Part shown: piece after piece, positions 28,955 through 37,391 of the stretch
Layout of the letters: every line of letters starts with the position of its first letter
Numbering within the stretch: position 1 is the first letter of the stretch
Source: Terriglobia bacterium
Lineage (GTDB): Bacteria > Acidobacteriota > Terriglobia > Bryobacterales > UBA6623
Direction: 5' to 3'
Assembly (NCBI GenBank): GCA_009841225.1
Contig: VXMF01000036.1
Coordinates: forward strand, 7,825-71,824
DNA length: 64,000 bases
Notes under the pieces: model-generated
What the model was told of the DNA's origin: nothing
Seen by the model: the letters and a program-made list of their open reading frames with translations, nothing else
Databases searched by the model: none
Program-made: the position numbers and the translations under genes

Positions 28955-29485
28955 ATGGCGAATGGCCAAACATTTCGGGGGCAATTGTTGAGTTCCACAG
29001 CCAAGAGGGTCTGCGTGCGGCGCTTCGGACTCGACAGGGTCGAGGGCTGGGTGGACCCTCAGCAATATCTGAGCAGCGACGGGATCGAACTGATCACGCG
29101 CACGGCCGAGCAGGCGGTCATCCCGTACGACCAAGTGCGGGCCGTGTACTTTGTCCGGGAGTTTGACAAGGATCCCGAGCGCGACCAGCGCAAGGAGTTC
29201 ATCTCCCGGCCGAAGCTCGGCGGACTTTGGATTCGCTTGCGATTCTTGGACGGCGGTGAGTTAGAGGGCGTGATCCCCAACGAGCTCCGCGTGCTTGGCA
29301 CCCCGGGCGTCACGCTGACGCCGCCCGACTCCAGGGGACTGGCCTGGCGCGTGTTCGTGCCGCAAGCCGCGGTGCAGACGTGCGTCGTAATGGGCGTCAT
29401 CGGCAAGCCAGACGCTTTCCGCCGCCGGCCCAAGCCGTCCAAGACGGCACCCGGGCAATTGGACCTGTTCGCCCAGACAGCCTGA
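28955..29485 (+). CDS. Hypothetical protein with internal two-fold repeat
   Basis: ATG at 28955, 176 aa with coding-like composition. Two similar modules are RRFGLDRVEGWVDP... and LRFLDGGELEGVIPN.... It has a basic, Pro-rich C-terminal tail. I recognise no family with confidence. Confidence 0.5.
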   Translation: MANGQTFRGQLLSSTAKRVCVRRFGLDRVEGWVDPQQYLSSDGIELITRTAEQAVIPYDQVRAVYFVREFDKDPERDQRKEFISRPKLGGLWIRLRFLDGGELEGVIPNELRVLGTPGVTLTPPDSRGLAWRVFVPQAAVQTCVVMGVIGKPDAFRRRPKPSKTAPGQLDLFAQTA

Positions 29486-29507
29486 CCCTGGCGGCGGCGC
29501 GGCTGGG

Positions 29508-30428
29508 CTAGCCTTCGGCCTCCAGCAGTCGTTCTGCCTCGATGGCGGCCTTGCAGCCGGCACCGGCAGCCGTGACGGCTTGGCGGTAGACTCTGTCCTC
29601 GACGTCACCCGCATGGAAGACGCCCGGGATGTTCGTCCGCGCGCCGCCGTGGGACACGATGTAGCCCTGCTCGTCAAGGTCGAGCTGGCCCTTGAATACA
29701 TCCGTATTGGGCACGTGTCCGATGGCTAGGAACAGCGCGCTGGTCATGTGGTCCCATTCCTTGCCGTTGACGGTGCTGCGCAGTCTCAGGCTTGTCACGG
29801 CCTTGGCCTCGGGATCGGCGACCTCCGTGACGGTCGCGTTGGTGATCCACTTGATCTTGTCGTTGGCGCGTGCCCGATCCAGCATGATCTTCGAGGCCCG
29901 GAACTCCTCGCGGCGGTGCACGATGGTCACGTCCGTGGCGAACTTGGTCAGGAACAACGCCTCTTCCATGGCACTGTCGCCGCCGCCAATGACGGTCACC
30001 GGCTGTCCGCGGAAGAAGAACCCGTCGCACGTCGCGCACGAGCTGACGCCATGGCCAACAAGGGCCTGCTCCGATGGCAGCCCCAGCCAGCGGGCGGACG
30101 CGCCGGAGGCGACGATGAGGGTCTGCGCCTCGAGCCGCTCGTCGCCGATCCAGAGCTTGAACGGGCGGGAGGACAGATCCGCTCGTGTTACCGCACCGTG
30201 CCTGTAGGTGGCCCCGAAACGCTGTGCTTGCTGCTTCATGCGATCGACCAGATCAGGCCCCATGATGCCTTCCGGAAACCCGGGATAGTTCTCCACGTCA
30301 GTGGTCAGCGTCAGCTGCCCGCCCGCTTCGAGGCCCTCGATCACCAGGGGCTTCAAGCTTGCACGGGCCGCATAGATGGCAGCGGTGCTCCCGGCGCAGC
30401 CGGAGCCGATCACAATCACTTCGTACAT
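29508..30428 (-). CDS. trxB: Thioredoxin-disulfide reductase TrxB
   Basis: ATG at 30428 (MYEVIVIGSGCAGSTAAIYAAR). The redox-active motif is CATCDG and the NADPH site is GGGDSAMEEA. 306 aa. Confidence 0.95.
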   Translation of the reverse strand: MYEVIVIGSGCAGSTAAIYAARASLKPLVIEGLEAGGQLTLTTDVENYPGFPEGIMGPDLVDRMKQQAQRFGATYRHGAVTRADLSSRPFKLWIGDERLEAQTLIVASGASARWLGLPSEQALVGHGVSSCATCDGFFFRGQPVTVIGGGDSAMEEALFLTKFATDVTIVHRREEFRASKIMLDRARANDKIKWITNATVTEVADPEAKAVTSLRLRSTVNGKEWDHMTSALFLAIGHVPNTDVFKGQLDLDEQGYIVSHGGARTNIPGVFHAGDVEDRVYRQAVTAAGAGCKAAIEAERLLEAEG

Positions 30429-30586
30429 GGGTCTCGTCCGCACGATGGCGGCAATTTTCATTCTATCGACACCGGCCTTGGCCGGCTTCCGGCATGGTCG
30501 CGCCAAACATGGGCCACCGCCGCCCGGACGCTCAACTGTGGAGCAGGCCACTGCGTGGCTGTGCGTCTTGCAACCCGATCTCTCAC

Positions 30587-30615
30587 TTGACAACCTGCGC
30601 CGGTGACTCTAGGGT
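30587..30615 (+). promoter_or_regulatory. Candidate sigma70-type promoter upstream of the GWxTD gene
   Basis: TTGACA (30587-30592), a 17-nt spacer, then TAGGGT (30610-30615), about 100 nt upstream of the ATG at 30717. That ATG has a strong RBS (AAGGAGGAG). This is a pattern match only. Confidence 0.25.
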
Positions 30616-30716
30616 CAGACTCAGAGAGGCCGCCTGGAGGCGCAAGAGCCTGAAGCGGTCGGGCAAGGCCGGGGAGTCCCGTCAATTCCGCCGGGCGCCG
30701 GCAAAAAGGAGGAGCG

Positions 30717-31265
30717 ATGCACAGTCGACCCGGGATCTGGATTGCGGTGCTAGCGGCCGCCGGCTTGGCAGGGCCGCTTGCGGCACAGACTGCAGAGGAG
30801 CTTCAAGGGCCCTTCAAGCGCTGGCTGGACGAGGATGTCGCCTACATCATCACGGGCGAGGAGCGCGAGGCATACGTGCAGTTGACTGCGGACGCGGAGC
30901 GCGAGCACTTCATCGAGTCGTTCTGGATGCGGCGCGACCCGACGCCGGACTCAAGCGCGAACGAATACAAGGAAGAGCATTACCGGCGAATCGCCTACGC
31001 CAACGATCGGTTCGCAGCGCGGATTCCCGGTTGGAAGACCGTCCGCGGCCGGACGTATATCACGCGCGGACCGCCGGACGAGATCGAATCGCACCCGTCG
31101 GGCGGCCAGTATCGGCGACCATCCCGCGAAGGCGGCGGGTTCACTGCGAACCACCCGTTCGAGGTGTGGCGGTACCGTGGGGCCGAAGGGGACATGTTCC
31201 TGGAGTTCGAGGACCCTGCCATGACCGGCGAGTACCGGCTCAGGATGTCCTCCTCTGGGCAGTGA
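30717..31265 (+). CDS. GWxTD domain-containing secreted protein
   Basis: It has a signal peptide. FWMRRDPTPDSSANEYKEEHYRRIAYANDRF...GWKTVRGRTYITRGPPDEIE matches the GWxTD domain signature. Confidence 0.8.
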   Translation: MHSRPGIWIAVLAAAGLAGPLAAQTAEELQGPFKRWLDEDVAYIITGEEREAYVQLTADAEREHFIESFWMRRDPTPDSSANEYKEEHYRRIAYANDRFAARIPGWKTVRGRTYITRGPPDEIESHPSGGQYRRPSREGGGFTANHPFEVWRYRGAEGDMFLEFEDPAMTGEYRLRMSSSGQ

Positions 31266-31354
31266 GGCTCGCCGCGGGGCCTGGGAGGCCAAGCATTGCG
31301 GACAGCACGGTTTCCCGAGTTGCCGCGCTCAAGACTCGGTCGTCTTGCCGGGGA

Positions 31355-31383
31355 TTGACTGAGATTTCGCCCTGCGCTAGCAT
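31355..31383 (+). promoter_or_regulatory. Candidate sigma70-type promoter in the GWxTD-tsaD intergenic region
   Basis: TTGACT (31355-31360), a 17-nt spacer, then TAGCAT (31378-31383). AAGGAGGTG follows at 31403-31411, then an 18-codon ORF at 31422-31478. This is a pattern match only. Confidence 0.3.
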
Positions 31384-31647
31384 GGGGCTACCAAACTGGC
31401 CAAAGGAGGTGATTCAGAGACATGAACGACAGTACTGCTGGTAGTATTCATCTGGACGGAGAGGTGGCCGAGAGTTAGCGCGACTGCTCGGACGTTTCGA
31501 TGCCCCGTTCTTGCCAGTGCGGGGCCGTAGTAACCGTGGACCGGCGACTCGCCGCGCCAAGGGTACTGCCAGTGCAATCAACAGCGGCGCGACAGCGCCG
31601 CCCTTGCCCTCGCGGGCGCGAGCGCTCGCGGGGGCATTCTTATCGCG

Positions 31648-32730
31648 ATGAACCTGCTTGGGATCGAGACTTCCTGTGACGAGACTGCAGCTGCCGTGGT
31701 CGCAGATGGAGATCGCTTGCTGTCCAATGTGATTTCCTCGCAGTTCGATGTCCATGCCGCGTATGGTGGCGTGGTGCCAGAACTGGCCTCCCGCGAGCAC
31801 CTGCGCGCCATCGTGCCCGTCGTTCGGGAAGCGCTGGCGCGCGCCGAAATCGGATACCAAGACGTCGATGCCATCGGCGTGACCTATGGGCCGGGGCTGA
31901 TCGGAGCGCTGTTGGTCGGCGTCACCTACGCCAAAGGGCTGGCGGCATCACTAGGGGTGCCGTTGATCGGCGTCAACCACATCGAGGGCCATATCCATTC
32001 CGTCGTGCTCGAACGTCGAGCGGCCGGAGGAGAGGTCGAGTTTCCGGCCCTGGCTCTGGTGGTGAGCGGCGGCCACAGCCACATGTTCGTCGTCCACCGG
32101 CAGGACCCGGATGCCTACGCTTACCGGCTCTTGGGGCGCACGCGCGACGATGCGGCCGGAGAGGCCTACGACAAGGTCGCGAAGCTGCTCGGATTCGGCT
32201 ACCCGGGAGGGCCGATTCTTGACCGGCTGGCACCGCACGGCGACCCCGACGGGGTTCGCCTGCCTGTCGTGCACATGAAGGGCAATCCGCTCGACATGAG
32301 CTTCAGCGGCCTGAAGACGGCGATCCGCCACCATGTTCAAGGGGCCGGCCTCGGCAAGGAGATCGAGTCGCGGAGCGCCCTGTGGAACAACGGGCGCCCT
32401 ACTTTCGAGGCCCTGCTGGACTCGGCCAGCCGAGGCTGCCTCGATCTGATCGCCTCGTTCCAGCGCCGCGCCGTCTCTGAGCTGCTCAGGCGGGCGGTGC
32501 GAGCCTCGGAGGAGGAGCAGGTCGAGTCGCTCATCGTCGCCGGCGGCGTCGCGGCCAATTCGGGCTTGCGCGCGTCGTTCGAGTCGTTGCCACTGCCGTG
32601 CTATTTCCCGACGCTCGCGCTGGCAACTGACAATGCCGCCATGATCGCCGCCGCGGCCTACCCTCGCCTGAGGCGCAAGCAGTTCGACGGATTCGGTCTT
32701 GCCCCCCAGCCCGCGCTGCAGCTAGCCTAG
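31648..32730 (+). CDS. tsaD: tRNA N6-adenosine threonylcarbamoyltransferase TsaD
   Basis: [30 protein letters not shown] and the ASKHA fold throughout. 360 aa. Confidence 0.95.
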   Translation: MNLLGIETSCDETAAAVVADGDRLLSNVISSQFDVHAAYGGVVPELASREHLRAIVPVVREALARAEIGYQDVDAIGVTYGPGLIGALLVGVTYAKGLAASLGVPLIGVNHIEGHIHSVVLERRAAGGEVEFPALALVVSGGHSHMFVVHRQDPDAYAYRLLGRTRDDAAGEAYDKVAKLLGFGYPGGPILDRLAPHGDPDGVRLPVVHMKGNPLDMSFSGLKTAIRHHVQGAGLGKEIESRSALWNNGRPTFEALLDSASRGCLDLIASFQRRAVSELLRRAVRASEEEQVESLIVAGGVAANSGLRASFESLPLPCYFPTLALATDNAAMIAAAAYPRLRRKQFDGFGLAPQPALQLA

Positions 32731-32754
32731 TGCGGCCTGCGAAGCGACCGAACC

Positions 32755-35700
32755 CTATCGCAGCCGCAGCTTGTAGAGCACGTCCGAGCCCAGCAATCCG
32801 TTCTGGTCCCGCGTCACGATGAACGACCAGTTGCGGTCGGGATTCCACTCCAAGCGGATGGCCTGCTGCTGCGCCGACGAGAGATCGTAGCTGTAGATCA
32901 GCGTGATATCGTCGGCGATCTGCTGCTCGGTCGACAGGCGGGCGGTCGGGTTGGACTCCAGACCGCCGACTTGCGGATCCACCTTGAGTCGGCTGACGCC
33001 GAAGAAGCGCTGCAGGCGCTTGGAAACCGGGCGGGCGATGGCTTGGCTGAGGATGTTGTCGGCACCGGTCTGCACTAGCGATTGTTGCTCGATTCGCCGC
33101 CGTGATGCGATGCTCGGGTCGATCGTCGGCTCCTTGCCGACGGCAACTAGGTCGACTAGGTCGTGGAACGGCAGCGGCGGGTCGGAGCGGTAGCTCAGAT
33201 CCAGATCCCGGCCCGGCCCCGACAGCACCAGGGCAAGATCAACATCTCGGATGCGTGTCTCCAGCTCGACATTGAGCACAGGCTCTGCTTGCAGGGCGTC
33301 GATGAAGCGGATCTCCCCCCGATTAATCCGGTAATGGGTGCCGAGCATCCGCAACTCGCCCTGCACGATCTGGATCGCGCCCACCAAAGACGGGTTGGCA
33401 AGCGTGCCCACGAAGTCGAGGTCGAAATCCGCCTGCACGTCGCGCACAAGCGTGGTTTCTATCGGCAGTTGCTGGACAGCTCCGACATGCACGTTGAGTT
33501 GCAGTCCCTCCAGTAACGGGCTCGGTCCGAAGCTGCCCCCGCTCACTTGCAGGCTCGAGAACAAATCGGCGAACGACAGGTCGCTGGCGGTCGACATGCG
33601 CGTGATCACGATGTTGCCGTTGAGGATGCTCTGCCCGCCCGCCCCAGCCCAGACGAATTCCCCGTCGATCACGCTAGCGACATTGGGCGGATAGTCCAAG
33701 CGGACATCCTCCGCGGAAGCTTGTAGGCGGTATTCGAATTCCGAGTCACGATACGATGTCGCGCCGCTGAACTGAACTGTCCCCCCGCCTGAGGTAGCCG
33801 TCAGGCGGCTTATCCTGCCTTGGCCGCCTTGAAACGCGATCGCTCCGTTAAGGTTACTGAGCTGGATCGGCAGGCCGGGCGAACCGATCGACGCGTCGAC
33901 CAGCTCCACGGATCCTTCGAGTGACGGATCGTCCAACGCGCCTAGGATGCGCACGCCGATCCTCGAGGTTCCGACGGTCTCGATGCCATCTGCAAAGCCA
34001 TCCAGCAGGCTCAGGTCGACATCTCCGTCGATGCTCACGTCCAATGACCGGTCTCCTTCTAGACCGATTACTCCATCGATGCGGAAATCTGTGTCCGGCC
34101 CGGTCAGCACCATGGAGTCGAAACGCAGGTCACCGTCCTTGACCCCCCAGCGAAGAGGGAACACGTTCGAGATCAGGTGCGGTTCGCCGTCCGGGCTCGG
34201 CAGGCTGACCTCGGCTCGTTCGATGGTTCCGTTCATTTCGAACGTGCCGGCGGAGCCGACGACCCCGCCAAAGCCCGCACGGCCCGTCAGCGTGCCCTGC
34301 GGGCTGCCGCTTGGCAGGTCGAGAAACACCGCCAATCGCTGCGTGCTCAGGCTGTCGAATTGAACGCTGCCGTTGTAGCTGGAAGGGCCGACCTGCCGCT
34401 GCAAGGTCGCATCGCCGCGGAACGTGCCGTCAAAGACGTCGGCCCTCCAGTCGAGTTGGAGATTCTCGGCATCGAGTGCGGAGCTTACGCTGCCGCTCCA
34501 GTTGCCCAGTTCCAGGCCCTGTCGGCGCAGGTCAGACACCTCCCACGTGCCGGCAAGCTCGAGCGATCCCAGAGGGCCCGTCAGAGTTGGCGGGCCGGCG
34601 GCCCGCAGATCGAAGCGCAACGCGCCGGTGATTCCCGGTGCGAGTGCGCGAGCCCACGTGAATTCCTCCAATGGCCAACTGTTGCTTTCCATGCCGAACT
34701 GCGCCTCGCCGGTCTGGCTGGACATGGACGCGGTGACGGCGAGCCGGGACCGACCCCGCTCCAGCGATGCGTTGCGGAGTTCGAATCCGTCTGGATCGTA
34801 ATAGACCTCTGCTTCGAGACCATCGAAACGCTCCCCGAAGAAGGTCGGGGTCTCGACGGCAATGCTGCCCGTCGCGACCGGCTCAGACTGCGTGCCAGCC
34901 AGGGAGGCTTCCATGGCGAGCACTCCCTCGATCGGAAGGGCAAAGCCGCTCGCGAGCGCCAGCTTGCGAGCGTCGATCCCAGTCGCGAGAATCGCCACGT
35001 CGAGTGCCCCGTGTTCATGCAGCGGCAGGCTACCGCGGAACCTGAGGTCACCGGATCCGTCGACCATACGGCCTTCCATCACATCAATGCGATCCGCGTA
35101 CAGCACGCCTTGCAAGGCGAGGTGGTCCCAGCGCTGGCCACCCAACGCGAACTCGTCGATCGCGAAAGCTCCGCTCAGAGTCGCGCTCGCGATCCGCTCA
35201 GGCCCCCAGTCCAGGCTGCCTTGATACGAGTACCGACCGTCCGGAGCGGTCGGAGGCAGCTGCGAGACGATTCGCAGCACGGCCAGGACTCGCTCGAGCG
35301 CCTGCTTGGAGTCGATCTCAACCTCGACAAACAGCTCTCCTCCGCCGGCAACCGCGAAACTGCCGTCGCCGCTGGCCCGAATGTTGGGCGTCGAGAGCGA
35401 GAAGCCGTCTACTGAGACGCGTCCGGTCGCGCTGCTGAACTGCAATGACGCGTCCCCGCCGATTGGCAGCGTGGATGGCTGCGTAGTCGGCACGACCTGC
35501 AGCCGCGCGTTCGCCTGCAGGTTGTGCATGGCAGTTCCGGACAGGTCGAATTCGGCATCCACCGAACCGCTCCACGCTGGCACGGGCGATCCCGTCGCAA
35601 TTGCGACGCGCGCGAGCGCGATGCCGCTGACACTGCCGTTGGACGTGATCCGAGGCTCCAGCCACGGGGCATTGATCGTCGCCTGCGCCTGCAAGCCGCC

Positions 35701-36711
35701 GCCGAGCGCGGCACCCTCGAGATCTTCCAGTTCGACGGATGTCTCGTTTCCAGAGAACCTCCCTGCCACGGACAGATCCAGCTCGAGAGCTGACGAGCCG
35801 ACAGAAGAGGCTGCGAATCCTCCCGAGTACATGACCGCGCCGTTCGATCCCTCCCATTCCAGTTCGCCGCTGGCCGCCAGGGAGCCAAGCAACCCTAGAT
35901 CTGCGTAGCCGACCAGACCGGCCAACGGCCCGATTGCCGACTTGAGAGAAAAGACGCATCGGGCCGAGGGCTGATGCCAGTCCCGGATCGTGCCGCGCAG
36001 CTGGGCTGACAGGTCTTGGCCGTGAACTTCGGCAGTCGTGATTTCGACGCCTGTCGCGTCGGCCACGGCCGACACCGAAACGGTCGACCCGGCCAGCTCG
36101 AAGGAGCCAGCGCTGCCAACCTGTGGATCGCGGAGTTCAGCATTGATGGTATGCCGCTGTGATCTCGGGTCGAAGCTCGTCTCCACCCGAAGCCCCGACC
36201 CGCGGAACTCTAGGGCATACGGCTCGCCGTTCCAAACGAGTTGGCCCCCATCGAGTTCAAACCGGCGAACCGCTAAGCCCGAGATCAACGACCGCTCCGA
36301 AGCTTGGCTGAGAATTGCTAGGCCGTCTTCGGCGACCGTCACGTCGAGGGCAGGATCGTGCAGGCTCAGAGATTCGAGCACCGTCACGCCGCCTAGCAGC
36401 GATCGCCAGCCTAGCGTTGCCGCGGCATGCGGAACTGACAGCAGCGGGGCGGCGGTCGGGTCATCGCCGGCACGCAGCTCGAGCCCGTTGATCTCAAACG
36501 CAAGGCGCGAGTCGCCCAAGCGGACTTCATCGATCGATACCGTCCCGCCCAACGACTGCTCCAGCTTGGCGATAGCGTTGTGACGCAAGCTGTCGAGGAA
36601 CCAATCGCTGCGGATCGCGGCTTCAAAGCCGCCCCAGCCCAGTCCTATCGAGGCAATCGCGGCGAGAGCGATCCTGTGCCGCAGGATCGATATGAGCGCT
36701 GCTTTGATCAT
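32755..36711 (-). CDS. tamB: Translocation and assembly module protein TamB (DUF490 family)
   Basis: The ATG at 36711 (MIKAALISILRHRIALAAIASIGLGWGG, an N-terminal anchor) overlaps the upstream stop as ATGA. A long beta-rich repetitive body follows. The C-terminal DUF490-like region is DLALVLSGPGRDLDLSYRSDPPLPFHDLVDLV...RLEWNPDRNWSFIVTRD. Confidence 0.8.
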   Translation of the reverse strand: MIKAALISILRHRIALAAIASIGLGWGGFEAAIRSDWFLDSLRHNAIAKLEQSLGGTVSIDEVRLGDSRLAFEINGLELRAGDDPTAAPLLSVPHAAATLGWRSLLGGVTVLESLSLHDPALDVTVAEDGLAILSQASERSLISGLAVRRFELDGGQLVWNGEPYALEFRGSGLRVETSFDPRSQRHTINAELRDPQVGSAGSFELAGSTVSVSAVADATGVEITTAEVHGQDLSAQLRGTIRDWHQPSARCVFSLKSAIGPLAGLVGYADLGLLGSLAASGELEWEGSNGAVMYSGGFAASSVGSSALELDLSVAGRFSGNETSVELEDLEGAALGGGLQAQATINAPWLEPRITSNGSVSGIALARVAIATGSPVPAWSGSVDAEFDLSGTAMHNLQANARLQVVPTTQPSTLPIGGDASLQFSSATGRVSVDGFSLSTPNIRASGDGSFAVAGGGELFVEVEIDSKQALERVLAVLRIVSQLPPTAPDGRYSYQGSLDWGPERIASATLSGAFAIDEFALGGQRWDHLALQGVLYADRIDVMEGRMVDGSGDLRFRGSLPLHEHGALDVAILATGIDARKLALASGFALPIEGVLAMEASLAGTQSEPVATGSIAVETPTFFGERFDGLEAEVYYDPDGFELRNASLERGRSRLAVTASMSSQTGEAQFGMESNSWPLEEFTWARALAPGITGALRFDLRAAGPPTLTGPLGSLELAGTWEVSDLRRQGLELGNWSGSVSSALDAENLQLDWRADVFDGTFRGDATLQRQVGPSSYNGSVQFDSLSTQRLAVFLDLPSGSPQGTLTGRAGFGGVVGSAGTFEMNGTIERAEVSLPSPDGEPHLISNVFPLRWGVKDGDLRFDSMVLTGPDTDFRIDGVIGLEGDRSLDVSIDGDVDLSLLDGFADGIETVGTSRIGVRILGALDDPSLEGSVELVDASIGSPGLPIQLSNLNGAIAFQGGQGRISRLTATSGGGTVQFSGATSYRDSEFEYRLQASAEDVRLDYPPNVASVIDGEFVWAGAGGQSILNGNIVITRMSTASDLSFADLFSSLQVSGGSFGPSPLLEGLQLNVHVGAVQQLPIETTLVRDVQADFDLDFVGTLANPSLVGAIQIVQGELRMLGTHYRINRGEIRFIDALQAEPVLNVELETRIRDVDLALVLSGPGRDLDLSYRSDPPLPFHDLVDLVAVGKEPTIDPSIASRRRIEQQSLVQTGADNILSQAIARPVSKRLQRFFGVSRLKVDPQVGGLESNPTARLSTEQQIADDITLIYSYDLSSAQQQAIRLEWNPDRNWSFIVTRDQNGLLGSDVLYKLRLR

Positions 36712-37391
36712 TGCTCGCCCCCAGCGGGCGCGAAGGCCAGGATCTCGATGCGGGTCAGGGCCCTCAGTTCCATGATGCGCTGCTCGAGCAGCCTGTTCGC
36801 CTGGCGCTCTGCCAAGACGTCCAGAATGCCCGACCGCACCGAATCCAGAGGCGCGGCGGGAGCGCCGAGCGCCGCCTGGCCAGCGCTGTACTCGTCGCGG
36901 TAATACGCTTCGACAGCCCCGGGGCTCACGTCTTGCCCGGTCTTGAAGCGGAACGAGACGTAGCGCTCGAAACTGGCCTTTTCCCGCAAGAAGGCCCGGC
37001 AATCATCCTCGGTGAGCCCGTAGTGCGCCAGCGCGGCTGGAAAGTCCCGCCCGCCCGCAAAGGTCTGGCCCCTCAGGGCCCGGAGCGGACCCTCGACCTC
37101 TTCCGCCGGGGCCAGCAGGAACGGTGTCAAGGCGAGATCCTGCATGGCCAGGCGCCGGTCGATCAGCGCCTCCAAGGCGGCCCTGCCGCCTGCTTCGAGG
37201 CCGACCGGCTCGGATTGGTTGAGCAAGGCGACTAGGTTCATTTGGGTGCGCACTTGGGAGAGCGTGATTACCTCACTGCCGACGATCGCCGCCACGCGGT
37301 CGACAATCTCGGCCCTCGGCGCGGAAGCGGCCAGAGCGACGCCTGCCAGCAAGGCGGCATACGGGACGGCGCTTGACCTTGGCTTGGACAT
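36708..37391 (-). CDS. SurA N-terminal-domain-like periplasmic chaperone (no PPIase domain)
   Basis: It has a signal peptide. IVDRVAAIVGSEVITLSQV is typical of the SurA/PpiD N-terminal chaperone domain. 227 aa. The ATG overlaps the bamA stop as TGATG at 37389-37393. Confidence 0.65.
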   Translation of the reverse strand: MSKPRSSAVPYAALLAGVALAASAPRAEIVDRVAAIVGSEVITLSQVRTQMNLVALLNQSEPVGLEAGGRAALEALIDRRLAMQDLALTPFLLAPAEEVEGPLRALRGQTFAGGRDFPAALAHYGLTEDDCRAFLREKASFERYVSFRFKTGQDVSPGAVEAYYRDEYSAGQAALGAPAAPLDSVRSGILDVLAERQANRLLEQRIMELRALTRIEILAFAPAGGEQ

